Source: Anolis carolinensis (lineage: Eukaryota). Taken from it: a stretch of DNA of 64,000 nt. Location of the stretch: NCBI RefSeq assembly GCF_035594765.1, contig NW_026943825.1, positions 14,376,590-14,440,589 on the forward strand, read 5' to 3'. Shown one piece after another: positions 24,498-36,212 of the stretch (positions within the stretch are counted from its first letter, which is position 1; each line of letters starts with the position of its first letter). A program made the position numbers and the translations under genes. The notes under the pieces were generated by a model that saw only the letters and a list, made by a program, of their open reading frames with translations, ran no database searches and had not been told where the DNA came from.

Positions 24498-24949
24498 TCT
24501 GGGGCCCCAATCCTGGAGTTTTCCTGGTAAGAGTTAATCAGGCCATTGCCTTCTCTAAAGGTTGACCCACCGAAAGGCATGGAATGCTGTCCATAAAAGA
24601 GTAGGAATTGGAATCTGGTTTCCCAGAGTCCTGATTCCACACTCAAACCACTACATAACAAATTCTGCATTACAGTTTCCTCAACAAGTAAATCTACTAT
24701 ACAATGTCAAAAGATCTTCAACATGACTCCAATCTAGGACATTTCTATCCTATGTTTTATCCAAGGTAGGTCTTGCCATTGCCTTCTTCTGAGGCCAGGA
24801 GAGTTTGCCTTGTCTCAAAAAAGGTATTTCCTGGACCTAAAATCATTCCAAAACATGGTGAGATTGCTCCCATGACACCTAGAAACTTTTGGGGGGGGGG
24901 GGGTATAGAAGCTCCCTGGCTACATTTTGCCCATCATTTCTTCTTAGAT

Positions 24950-25285
24950 CCTAAGAAGAAGGTGGAAGAGGCAACAAGGGGATGTGCTATTCTGCACCTG
25001 ATCCTCACCAACACTGAGGTCCTGCTCAATGGAGTGGGAGTGGTGGGATCCTTAGATGGGAGTGACCATGTGCTCCTGGATTTTGTGATATGGAGGAAAG
25101 GGGAAACTAAAGGCCTCATCCCACTTATCTTTTTTTTTGCATTTTAGGATGCTAAAGGGATAGTCCATCAATGCAGGGACATGCTGCCCATCACATGACG
25201 TTTGCTGGATTTTCTGTTGAAGCCCCATCCTCAACTGGAGTGGAAGTGGTGGGATCCTTAGGTGGGAGTGGTCACATGCTCCTGA
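24950..25285 (+). mobile_element. CR1 endonuclease-domain fragment with a local duplication
   Basis: Translates KVEEATRGCAILHLILTN...VGSLDGSDHV, the APE endonuclease C-terminal SDH motif. Confidence 0.7.
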
Positions 25286-25299
25286 CGCGAGAAGGCTTC

Positions 25300-26094
25300 T
25301 GTGCTGGTACGGCTGTCCCAGAAGCTCCGACTTTATTTTCTAGCTGCTAATGTCTGCAGTCATAGGACAGGCCGCCTGACAATCATCATTAAGTTTGGTT
25401 CCACCCCTTGTTCAGGGCTCTGGGAGGGAAGGAGCCATTTTTAAGTTAGTCTCACTAAGGAAGTTAAGCTATAGGACGCAGACCAGCTCATCCCATAGAA
25501 AAGCTTCATACCTCATGAACATCCGGGGATATAGAACATCTGAGGAAACAGAAACGGAAATTCCAGGGGAAAGGTCCCAAAAGCTCTGGCTGAGAGCTTA
25601 CAGCCTCTCAGCCTCACAGCTCCTGAGGGAAACAGCCCTAAGTTTCTAAAGACTCAAAGAGAGAACAGCATCACAGATTCACGGAACTCCAACTGAAACA
25701 TCTGCAAGCCTTGGCTGGTAGGTCCACTCGATACCCAGACGCATTTGGAATCGGTAGTGGGTCCCACATCAGCTAGGCCCATATTGATAGACAGCCTGGG
25801 AGAGGTTATGAGAAGGTTTTCACAGTTATACAAAGCCAATTGCCTGTCCCCTGGGGACAAGACTGAAAGGGCCAACAGTTTATTAAGGAAACTTTGAAGT
25901 GTTATTTGACTCCTTGAAGATTTATTATTTGTTCATCAATAAAGACTTTGTTATCACATTAAAGACCCAAAGGACTTTCCTTGTTCAGGAAAATTCTCAA
26001 GAACCTCTCTTTGAGGCGCCCTGGCTTCCTGCTGGGCATAAAGTATACATCCTATACAAAGACAATAGTTACAGGCCCAGCACGCGACAGAACA
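25300..26094 (+). mobile_element. Solo LTR (795 bp)
   Basis: TGTGCTG...CAGAACA ends, perfect 5-bp TSD GCTTC and an internal AATAAA. Homologous copy at 47334-48146. Confidence 0.92.
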
Positions 26095-26119
26095 GCTTCT
26101 ATGTTGTGCTGGCTTCAAT

Positions 26120-26345
26120 GGAGCCCTGGAGTCTAGAACTTGGAGCAATGGCTTCAAATTACAGAAAAGGAGATTCTACTTGGACATTAGGAAGAGCCTT
26201 GGAATGTAGTGGAGGCTCCTTATTTGGAGGCTTTTAAACTGAGGCTGGATGGCCATCTATCAGGGGTACTTTGTGCTTTTTCTACATGGCAGGGGGTTGG
26301 ATTAGATGGCCCATGTGGTCTCCTCCAACTAAGATTCTATGATTC
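26120..26345 (+). mobile_element. Degraded CR1 3' end
   Basis: [21 protein letters not shown] followed by a GATTCTATGATTCT tail. Confidence 0.8.
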
Positions 26346-27381
26346 TCTAAATTTCTCCCCCAGTGAGGGGCATTTTCAGAAGGACGTTCCAGAAGAAGAC
26401 AAAGCAATTTCCAGAAATCTTGTCACCTTTGTCAGGAAGGATGTGGTATAGGACATCCTAACATGGAATCCCTAATAGGTTTCAGTGACACACACCTACC
26501 AAAATGTTCATTTCTTTATCTGATTCCCAGCAACACAACATAACATGCTTTGATGTTAGATGGGGAAACACATTTCTTGCTAAGTTGGCTTGTTCCCATT
26601 ACGGTAATTTAAGGAAACAAGATGATATCCCAGATAAGGAGAACAAAAGCTGCAATCAAAGCCAGTTTCTACCTCAAACACAGAATGTTTGCAGAAATCA
26701 ATATAACACAGATATTCTCTAGTTCCCTTTGGGATGAGTCAGAGAGTGGCAGACGGCAAATCAATTCCCAGTTGATGCTCTAATAGCATGGTTTTGATCA
26801 ATGATCGATCTCTGTTAGGACCAAAAATGGATTTTCCCCGTCATCTCCATACATTGGAGATGACTTTGTTTAGAGGAGCATTGTTTAGAGGTGCAGAGAT
26901 GAACATTAGATGTGTGAATCTAATGTAAAGTGTACGATGCAAATACCTATTTCCAGGTTAGTCCAAGAATTTGGACGTTGTCAACAGTTTTGGAGAGCTA
27001 TCAAAAGTCTCCTCCAGCACAGAGCACAATCAGCAGCTGACGGAAGTGGAAGGCATCAAAGTGCAAGCATTATCCCGACCACAAAGTGCTTAAATGCTGC
27101 TGACTCTGTCAGCTTACCCATGGAGCACTAAGCTTAGGGATGGCACACCAAAATCTGCCTTTTCCCACATTCAGACTTCTTGAATCTTCTGCTGAAGTCA
27201 ACATTGCATATCCCATGCACTTGTCCACTGAGCTTCAAAGAAACACGGGAAGCCATTATCTAATGTTGCTAATGTGGAGCATTAGCAATGGACAATTAAG
27301 ATAATATGATGATGATGGTAGTGAAGATGACGACAATGATATTCATTTGTAGCACTCCTTTTTCCCAGTATAGGTTTCAAG

Positions 27382-27664
27382 CAGAGCCGGCCCTAGGTAT
27401 TTTTCAAGTGTAGGCGAACAGAATTTTGCCCCCCCCAAACCAATCACTGAAAAATAAAAGAGTTGGATAAGCGAAAATGTTGGATAATAAGGAGGGATTA
27501 AGGAAAAGCCTATTAAACATCAAATTACATTAAGGTTTTACAAATTAAGCACCAAAACATCATGTTTTACAAGAAATCAACAGAAAAAGCAGTCTCGACT
27601 GCGCCCCCGTATGTTTTGCGACCGAAGCGACCGCTTAATTCGCCTCATTGTTGGACCGGCCCTG
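27382..27664. mobile_element. hAT MITE with internal mariner-MITE segment
   Basis: Reverse-complement homologue of 15696-15983; perfect 8-bp TSD GTTTCAAG. Confidence 0.9.
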
Positions 27665-27801
27665 GTTTCAAGTGGGCTTATAAATCTTCAAACAAACATA
27701 GCTCTGGATTTATTTCATCCAAAAGTGGAAAATGTAATAACTACCAATAATATTCCAACCAATTAAAATATAGCCTGACATATTTAGATCCATTGTTAGA
27801 C

Positions 27802-28603
27802 CAATGGATCCCAACCTTTTTTTGACCAGGAACCACTTGACCAGGGACCTCTTTCTAACATTAATACCAAAAGAGTTACAAATCAGTTTTTGGTCAACTT
27901 TAGATTTGGTTTGGTTATTTGAGGTGCTGGTTCAGAAAATTACATTGGATAGACCACATCAGCTCTAGTTTCTGATACAGAACATATGCTATCCAGTAGT
28001 CACCATCTGCTCGCCCACAGGAAACCATATTTAATAATTTAGAGCTGATGTGATCTATCCAATGCAATTTTCTGAATCAGTATCCTAAATAACCCCAGGG
28101 TCAGGCCTAATAACTCCCCAATAACTCCAAGAACAGGCCTAGAAACGAAGACACGTGGAATGGCTCCATTCAGGGGAGAGAGGAGGAGGAGTAGCAACAG
28201 TCAGGAGGCTTGCTGTCATGCCTTTCATGGATAGTCAGCCTCCCCCATCCCAATATCCCCATTGCCTCGACACTATAAGGTTTAACAAGACCACTTGCTC
28301 TCTTTGCAACAGTGTAGTAACTGTGAGGCCACGGACCATATTTTAGTTCTTGGGGACCACTAGTGATCCACCAAACACAGTAAACCATATTTAACAATCT
28401 CAAGCTGATGTGGTCTATCCAATGCAATTTTCTGAATCATCACCCCAAATAACCTCAAGAAGAGGACTAAAAATGAAGCCACGAAGAATTTTTTTTTTGG
28501 TTGGGCTGTGTTATTATCTGTAGTAGTAATAGTGAGGCTGCAGACAATATTTTAGTTCTTGTGGACCACTGATGGTCCACGGACCACAGGTTGGGAATGA
28601 CTG
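27802..28603. mobile_element. hAT non-autonomous element with an internal duplication
   Basis: Same ends and body as 12924-13509. Confidence 0.8.
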
Positions 28604-28607
28604 TGTG

Positions 28608-29242
28608 TTTTTAAAAAATATATATTCTTTATTAGAAATTTTCCATACATTTCACTAAAAACACATGGGTTGGAGGGTAGGGGACTCTGGGTGGGGGTAA
28701 GGTTGTGTGGATGGGTTTGGGGAGAGGGGGAGGTATAGACTTGTTGGGTAGTGGGGGGGGGGTTAGGGAGATTAAAAAAAGAGAAAAAAAATAAAAGGAA
28801 AAAAAATAAAAATAAAAGAAAATGGTCTTCCCAGTCTCTCCTGACAAGATACAGTTCCATCAGTTTTATCCTCTTCCGTAGCCTTTGTTTGGGTCCTTTT
28901 ACTTTTGAGAGTGTATATATTTCTAGTTGAAGATCTCGGCCTTTCTATCTGTTAAGAAAAGTTGAGTGTTGTTCTATTTGGTAAGTTGTCTTTTCTCCTA
29001 TTTCTATTTAATTCTTCTCCTTTTTATTTATATAATCCTCTACTTGTCTCCAATCTGTCTCTTTTCTTGGTTTTCCCTGTTGGGAGGCCATTAGAAAGGT
29101 TAGTCTATCCATGTTTTTTTTATATCTGAGACTTTTATTAGCCAATCTGCCTTATTAGGTATTTCCTTTTGTCTCCAAAATCTCCCAAATATAATTCTTG
29201 CTGCTGTCGTTAAATATGTTATGATTTTTTCCTCATTTGAGC
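28608..29242 (-). mobile_element. L1-clade LINE 3' fragment
   Basis: IITYLTTAARIIFGRFWRQKEIPNKADWLIKV is homologous to the L1 C-termini at 29571 and 56946. Confidence 0.75.
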
Positions 29243-29375
29243 CTGGTGGGAAGTCTGTTAGGAATGGTGGGAGCTGAAGTCCAAAACACCTGGAGGGCCA
29301 AAGTTTGCCCATGCCTGATCTATACTAATTCAGTTCCATGGATGGAATCATAAGGCAACAGGCAATTTGATGGTA

Positions 29376-30497
29376 CAGCAGAGTCTCACTTATCCAACGT
29401 AAACGGGCCGGCAGAACATTGGATAAGCGAATATGTTGGATAATAAGGAGGGATTAAGGAAAAGCCTATTAAACATCAAATTAGGTTATGATTTTACAAA
29501 TGAAGCACCAAAACATCATGTTATACAACAAATTTGACAGAAAAAGTAGTTCAATACTCAGTAATGTTATTGGCCTACAGGTCGTATATGACCCCCCAGA
29601 AATTAGGGAAATTTGACAAAAACACAAATACAAAATGCTGGAAGTGTGGAAAGAAAGAGGGATCGTATTTCCACATGTGGTGGACGTGCGAAAAGGCCCA
29701 AAAATACTGGAAAAGGATACAGGAAAAATTAGAAAAAATATTGGAGATTAGAATACCATTTAAAGCAGAAACATTTTTATTAGGGATACACAAAATAAAA
29801 ATAGAAAATAATGAAGACAAATTATTATTCTTACTAACAACAGCGGCAAGGATTTGCTATGCCAAATTATGGAAGAGAGAAGAAATCCCAGAGGAAGACG
29901 ATTGGCTGATAAAGGTGCTTGACATACGTAACATGGACAGGCTGACTTTCTTACTAGCAAAAAATAAAGGAGAACCAATCAAAGAAACAAATTGGGACAG
30001 AATGATGGAAAACCTAAAACGGATAGATGAGAGAAAGAAACAAAAATAGATGATAAAGGAAAAGGAAAGACAAAATATAAAGAGAAAAAAAGATAACCTC
30101 AACAGAAAGGAGAAGGAAATAAGAAGAAAAGGAGTTGGAATTTAAGGAGAAATTAAGGAAGAAAGAAAAGGCAAATTACCTTGAAGAAACTGCCGAGAAG
30201 TCATTTTTATATTCACTTTTTTAAATCTTTTTTTTTCTTTCCTGTCTTCTCTTGTCCTTTTCTCTCCTTTTCTTTTTTGCCCAATTAGGGGTTTTTGCTT
30301 TTTATTATTCTGTTAAAACTAATAAAGATTATTTTATATATATATATATAAAATACTCAGTAATGTTATGTAGTAATTACTGTATTTACGAATTTAGCAC
30401 CAAAATATCACGATGTATTGAAAACATTGACTACAAAAATGCGTTGGATAATCCAGAACGTTGGATAAGCAAGTGTTGGATAAGTAAGACTCTACTG
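29376..30497. mobile_element. Mariner MITE interrupted by an L1 insertion
   Basis: TA-flanked TIRs at 29376 and 30497. Confidence 0.88.
29571..30351 (+). mobile_element. 5'-truncated L1 (ORF2 C-terminal CCHC zinc knuckle plus 3' UTR)
   Basis: CWKCGKKEGSYFHMWWTC; perfect 18-bp TSD AATACTCAGTAATGTTAT (29553-29570, 30352-30369). Confidence 0.93.
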
Positions 30498-30609
30498 TAC
30501 ATACAAAAATATTCAACGTGGCTTGTTGTCCTCCGTCCATTGTCCCACCCAAGTCAATGGATGGAGAAGGATAAGCCTGAATGAAAATCCACACAGGATA
30601 GACAAGACG

Positions 30610-30861
30610 AAAGGAAATGATTCTGCATTATCTCTTTGTCCTCCCATGTAAGGAGCTGAGGGAAGCACAAGTTTTGGCTCTGATTACTCTGGAGTCATTA
30701 AAGTAATTTTGCAGGTGATTTCGGAGCGTCGTTCATTAAGAGCTTAATTGTAACGGGATGTCACTCAGCCCTGAAGGACTTCACCAAAACTATAAAAGCC
30801 CTTGCCTCTTCACAGTCCTCCATCAGCTTCATCGCTTGTCTTCTACTCATCCGAGGTACTG
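30610..30861 (+). promoter_or_regulatory. Gene B promoter, TATA box (30791-30797) and non-coding exon 1 (about 30821-30861)
   Basis: TATAAAAGCC; exon starts ATCAGCTTCATC; donor CTG/GTAAGC at 30862. The upstream block is alignable with the promoters of C and E. Confidence 0.88.
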
Positions 30862-31967
30862 GTAAGCATGGCTTATTCACTGCACTTAAATCTGCATCTC
30901 TTTAAAGAGTGTTAGCATGTTAGTTTGAAGGTATAATGTTCTAAGATCTAATTCTTATTGCCTGGTCCCAACTGAGACAGACTCACTAAATCAAGTTGGA
31001 ACGGAAGGACTAGTAACCAAATAAGTCTTCTAAAGTTGGAGTTAAATGATTCTACTAATATCTCAAGGGTTCTACATGTGTTTGTGTTTTATATGTCTGA
31101 AGAAGACTTCCTATAGAACCCTTTTTAGTCTTTGAATCTTTGGAGATGTAGTGATGCACCAAACCTTGGCTGATTCAACATCACATTTCCATCATACTGC
31201 TAAGATTGGTCAACAAACTTAACTCAATGGAATAGTTCTTCTTTTAGGAAACTGGATTACCATATATACTCGAGATAAGCTGAGTTTTTCAGCCCTTATT
31301 TATGAGCTGAAAAAGCCTCCCCCGGCTTATAATCGGGTCAAGGCTGGCAACTGAGCTTGCAGGCTATTGCTTGCAATATGGGGTCTATTTCTCTCTTCTC
31401 CTCCCTTATCAGTGTGTTTACTTTTGCAAAGCCTGCAGGCTCTTGCTTGCAATATGTGATCTATTTCTGTCTTCTCCTCCTTTATCAGTGTGTTTTCTTT
31501 TGCAAAGCCTCCCTCACTCTTAATCAAAGGATGTTTTGAAAAGAGAAAGACTTCCTTGCAAGTCAGGAAGAAGAAAAATATATATTCATTAATCTTATGG
31601 AAGCATTTTCCCCTGAAATATTTGTTAAACTCTCCTACAGATATATAGGCATTAACCCTTTGCAAGCTTTTGCCATCTCTAAGTACCTTTATATGTGTAT
31701 CTATCTATATACGTTAATTTTATATATGAATTTGCCCTCATATGTTTGCAGGTCTTTGCAAATCCTTTATACATATAGATCCATGTACCTGTGTATCTGT
31801 AGCCATATACATTAATTATATATATGAATTTACCCTCATATGTTTGCAAGTCTCTGCAAATATCTATATAAAGAGAGATGTCTGGATAGATATGAATATA
31901 TTCTTACCTACCTATATATAGGGCTTGCAAATATTACAGGGGGGGATAAACACACAAATATATATAG

Positions 31968-32105
31968 NNNNNNNNNNNNNNNNNNNNNNNNNNNNNNNNN
32001 NNNNNNNNNNNNNNNNNNNNNNNNNNNNNNNNNNNNNNNNNNNNNNNNNNNNNNNNNNNNNNNNNNNNNNNNNNNNNNNNNNNNNNNNNNNNNNNNNNNN
32101 NNNNN
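31968..32105. other. Assembly gap (138 N)
   Basis: Run of n characters. Confidence 1.
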
Positions 32106-32342
32106 TGACATTAAGTCCAGTCATGTCTGACTCTAGGGGTTGGTGCTCATCTCCATTTCTAAGCCGGAGAGCCGGCATTGTCTGTAGACACCTCCAAGAT
32201 CATGTGGCCGGCATGACTATGACTGCATGGAGCACCGTTACCTTCCTGCCGGAGCGGTACCTATTGATCTACTCACATTAGCATGTTTTCGAACTGCTAG
32301 GTTGGCAGAAGCTGGAACAACAGCAGGCGCTCACTCCACTCC

Positions 32343-32345
<3 letters not shown>
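32106..32345 (-). mobile_element. Sauria SINE fragment, followed by a (CT)n(AT)n microsatellite
   Basis: TGACATTAAGTCCAGTCATGTCTGACTCT...GGTACCTATTGATCTACTCAC...TTCGAACTGCTAGGTTGGCAGAAGCTGG, recognised from memory as the reverse strand of the Sauria SINE body. Confidence 0.75.
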
Positions 32346-32405
<60 letters not shown>

Positions 32406-32751
32406 GCTTGCAAATATTGTAGAGGAAATGCACACACACACACAGAGGGATTTGCAAACGTTTCAGGGGGAAATGCATATGTGAAATTAGTATCCATAAT
32501 TATAGATCTATATCTAACTCTACCTTGTTTGTATAAGCATTGAATGTTTGCTTGTTAGTATGCTAGAAGCCGGCCTTAGTCCCCATGGAGAGATAGGGTG
32601 GGATCCAAATGAAATTTTCATCATCATCATCATCATCACCACGTTATTGTTGATACCATATTCTTTTTGTTGCCCCTACTTTTCGACTTATAGGGCTAGT
32701 TTATTGTTTTTCTTTGAAATACGATAAATATTCAAAAACATTTAACCTACT

Positions 32752-32966
32752 AGGGTTGTTGTATGTTTTCCGGGCTGTATGGCCATGTTCTAGAAGTATT
32801 CTCTCCACGTTTCGCCCACATCTGTGGCAGGCATCCTCAGAGGTTGTGAGAATGCCTGCCATAGATGTGGGTGAAACGTCAGGAGAGAATACTTCTAGAA
32901 CATGGCCATACAGCCCGGAAAACATACAACAACCCTGTGATTCTGGCCATGAAAGCCTTCGACAAC
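32752..32966. mobile_element. Penelope-like element terminal palindrome with degenerate hammerhead motifs
   Basis: About 90-bp inverted repeat ending GAAAGCCTTCGACAAC; perfect 14-bp TSD ACATTTAACCTACT. Confidence 0.8.
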
Positions 32967-33262
32967 ACATTTAACCTACTGATGCCTCGATTAATGAAAT
33001 TTTATTGGTATCTATTTTTATTTTGAAATTTACCCGTAGCTGCTGCATTTCCCACCCTCGTCTTATATTCGAGTCAATAAGTTATCCCAGTTTTTTGTGG
33101 TAAAATTAGGTGCCTCGGCTTATATTTGGGTCGGGCTTATATTCGAGTATATACGTTAATAGTTTGGTGGTGTTGGGGTAAGTAGGTTCAACTTGATGTG
33201 CTTTTGGTTCTTTTCATGATCTCGCTCATGTTCTTCCAGACTCATCTCCTTCACGCAACATA

Positions 33263-33769
33263 ATGGCCAACTGTGGACCTTCCTCTGCTGTCCCATCCTG
33301 CGAAGCCGCTCCAGTCGTTGGCTTCGGATCCGGAGGCTCCAGAAACTTTGGCAGAGGTTTTGGCTATGGCATTGGCTATGGCATTGGCTCTGGCATCGGC
33401 TTCGGCTCTGGCATCGGTTCTGGCTATGGCCTTGGGGGCAACATTGAATCTGCAGCCAACTTGGGAATTCTCTCCGGAGTGCAGCCATCCTGCATCAACC
33501 AGCTCCCCCCAATAGAAGTCGTGATGAAACCAGCTCCAGTTGTGATCACCGTCCCAGGCGCCATCCTCTCTGCCACCCCTGAGCCTGTTGAAGTTGGAGG
33601 CTATGCCCCCTGTGCTGTTGGTGGTGTTGGCATCGGTGGAAGTGGATTAGGTAGTGGATTAAGTAGTGGATTAGGTAGTGGATTCTATGGTGGGAATCTC
33701 GGTGGGCGCCTTGGGGGCAATTATGGACTCCTGAGAGGAAGAGGCAACAACTGTGGCCCCTGCGTGTAA
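33263..33769 (+). CDS. Corneous beta-protein, glycine-rich type, 168 aa (gene B)
   Basis: SCINQLPPIEVVMKPAPVVITVPGAILS core; acceptor TTCTTCCAG ending at 33239; AATAAA at 34126-34131. Confidence 0.96.
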   Translation: MANCGPSSAVPSCEAAPVVGFGSGGSRNFGRGFGYGIGYGIGSGIGFGSGIGSGYGLGGNIESAANLGILSGVQPSCINQLPPIEVVMKPAPVVITVPGAILSATPEPVEVGGYAPCAVGGVGIGGSGLGSGLSSGLGSGFYGGNLGGRLGGNYGLLRGRGNNCGPCV

Positions 33770-34224
33770 CTTCTCATGGACTTCTGGCCAGGAAAAGGAA
33801 CAATGGAACAGTCATTCTTTGGTTTAGCTGAGCTGAGCACCACCTTCCTGGATGAAGTCCATGGGAGCTGGGACAGTGTTTGGCATCCTTAAGAATAAGG
33901 CCCACCTATCCTTTTGACCATTCTACTTTCAATCTCAAAATATCCCTCTCTGTTCCCGCTATTTATGTACCTTTCTTTATTTCCCTGCCACCTTTCATCT
34001 GAACAGAACAGAAACAGTACATTCAAGACAAAGTAATAACTCTAACCATGTGATGGAAAAGCTGTTTATTCACTCATGTTCTTTATGATTTCTTCTCCTC
34101 TCAAATTTGCCTGTGTTCAGTCTTTAATAAAACTAATTCTGCATGATAAAACTGGTTTTCTCGTTTTGTTTCAACTCAAGAGTGCAGGCATCATTCCATG
34201 CCCTGGACCAAGGGATGGGCAGTA

Positions 34225-35634
34225 GGAATGTCCAATCGATGAAAAAAATGTTTCATCGGGGCGCCAGCGCTTCGAAATAGAAACTATTTCCGATTTTTTC
34301 ACCCAAAAATTTCGAATATTTTTGAAAATTCATAATGATTCTAAATGTTTCTAAAATGGCGGGCGCACATGCGAAATCGCCAAAAAAACCCGACACTTGG
34401 GGGGGACGGACTTCTACAGGGCTCTCCCTTATTTCTGGAGCTATCCTCATCAAATTTGGTACAGTGGGAGAACACATTCAACACTCTTAGCTCAACAAAT
34501 TGCAGAACGTTTCCTTAAAATTCGAATCTTAAAATTCGTATCTTTTGGCGAATTTTCATAACTTTTTATAATACACTATTTTTTATATTTGAAGAAACCT
34601 GTTCCTGGTTTGAAAGTCTTATTTCCTGTTCAACTGGGTTTTTACCACTGTGAAATGGACCAGTGACCACGCCAAGAAATGCTCTGGCAAGGTGTGCAAA
34701 GAAACTTTGAAAACTAGAAATTCCCTTGTTATATTTTTAAGCAAGAAGGGCACTGGAAATCAGTGGTGTGTCTTGCTATGTGATCCCACAAGCAACAAAC
34801 GCGATGCCTTGCTTTCCTTTGTTAATGTACCAGTGACCAACCTGGCCAATGCTCTGGCAAGGTGTGCAAAGAAACTTTGAAAACTAAATTCCCTTGCTAT
34901 ATTTGTAAGTAAGAACTCTGGAAATCAATGGTGTCTCTGGCTATGTGATCCCACAAGCCTCAAAGGCAATGCCTTCTTAATGAAATAGACTACTGATTCA
35001 GCAAAGGTATAATGCTATGATCCAGCAAGAACTATTCTTAATGAAATTGAAAGCTAGATATTTTTTTAATAATATGGAAAAAAATAACCCTGGAATTTAC
35101 AGCGCTAAATAGCTGAGTGCTACCCAAAATTAACACAGTCACAAGAGAAGGAACCAGCAACAAAACCCCAACCCTTTCTCCAAACCCCTCTGTGGGAACA
35201 GCCAGACCGGGCCACTTCACCTTCTCTCTCCCTCAAGACACGAGGCTTGCTTGCTCTCCGTTTGCAAAGCCCAGCCCAGAATGGCTCGCCCGGGCTACAC
35301 AACGGGCTTTTATGGTGATCTTCCACGTGGACGCACAGAACCCTAGCCCCCACCTTTTTTGTCCATCGTGGAAGCTTCTGATTGGCCAGGGAGCAGCAGC
35401 CATTTTAGGCTGTGCTAAGCTCCCATTGAGGGTAGGTTGCAGAAACAATTTTTTTTTAAAATATTTTAAAAAATATATTTAAAACATTAAGAGACAATTA
35501 GAGAATGAGCCAACGATGGTTCAAATTACATTGCTGGTTGCGCCATGAGACAACGTCTCGGAATGCATCTCAAAAAGCGAGAACAATCTGAAACAAATCC
35601 GATATAAGATTCAAAACGATTTTTTGGACATACC
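34225..35634. mobile_element. About 1.4-kb non-autonomous TIR DNA transposon (second copy at 41343-42812)
   Basis: TA-flanked ends GGAATGTCCAA / TTGGACATACC. Terminal regions are shared with the second copy but the internal tandem repeats differ. Confidence 0.8.
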
Positions 35635-35936
35635 TAATGGCCAGCTATACCATTAATGGGACTTAGTCAATATCAAGCTTAGGGTAGAATTAATACATTT
35701 TGATATCAATTTAGTTGCCATAGCAAAATGCTATGGAGTCATTGAAGTTGTAGTTTTACATGATCTTTAGTTTTCTCTGCCCAAGAGCACTAATACCTCT
35801 CCAAATTACAGCTCCTAGGGTTCCATAGCATTGAGCTATGATGTTGTGCTCAACTGCATTCATTCTATAGCAGTGGTCCCCAACCTTTTTTGACCAAGGA
35901 CCACTTGACCAGGGACCAGGGATCATAAACAACAAG

Positions 35937-36080
35937 GTGTTGTTTCATGGCTGGAACCACAGGGTTGTTGTGTGTTTTCCGGGCTGTATAGCCATGTTCC
36001 AGAAGCATTCTCTCCTGACGTTTCTCCCACATCTATGGCAGGCATCCTCAGAGGTTGCGAGGTATATACACACAACAACC
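35937..36080 (-). mobile_element. Penelope-like terminal fragment with a hammerhead-like motif (about 36013-36053, minus)
   Basis: Minus strand CCT-CTGAGGA-TGCCTGCCATAGATGTGGGA-GAAA-C-GTC-AGG; flanks CATAAACAACAAG / CATAAACTACAAG. Confidence 0.7.
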
Positions 36081-36212
36081 CATAAACTACAAGAATAGCA
36101 AGTTTTTATTATAATCCATAGACCCCACTAATCAAAGCACTACCTATGCCGACAGAATGAAGAAGAACTTTGATATTATTTCTAGCACCCACTATTGTTT
36201 GATATTCAAACA

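Larger units (their letters stand above)
31260..33156. mobile_element. Tc1/mariner-type non-autonomous element filling most of the gene B intron; contains the gap, a Sauria SINE and a Penelope-type palindrome
   Basis: TA-flanked TIRs CCATATATACTCGAG-ATAAGC / GCTTATATTCGAGTATATACG. Confidence 0.75.

Noticed and set aside
26345-27330. Triplicated block as a decayed coding exon
   Set aside because: In the frames I tried I found no reading frame shared across the three copies, and they differ by many indels. A translated search would be needed to exclude this fully.
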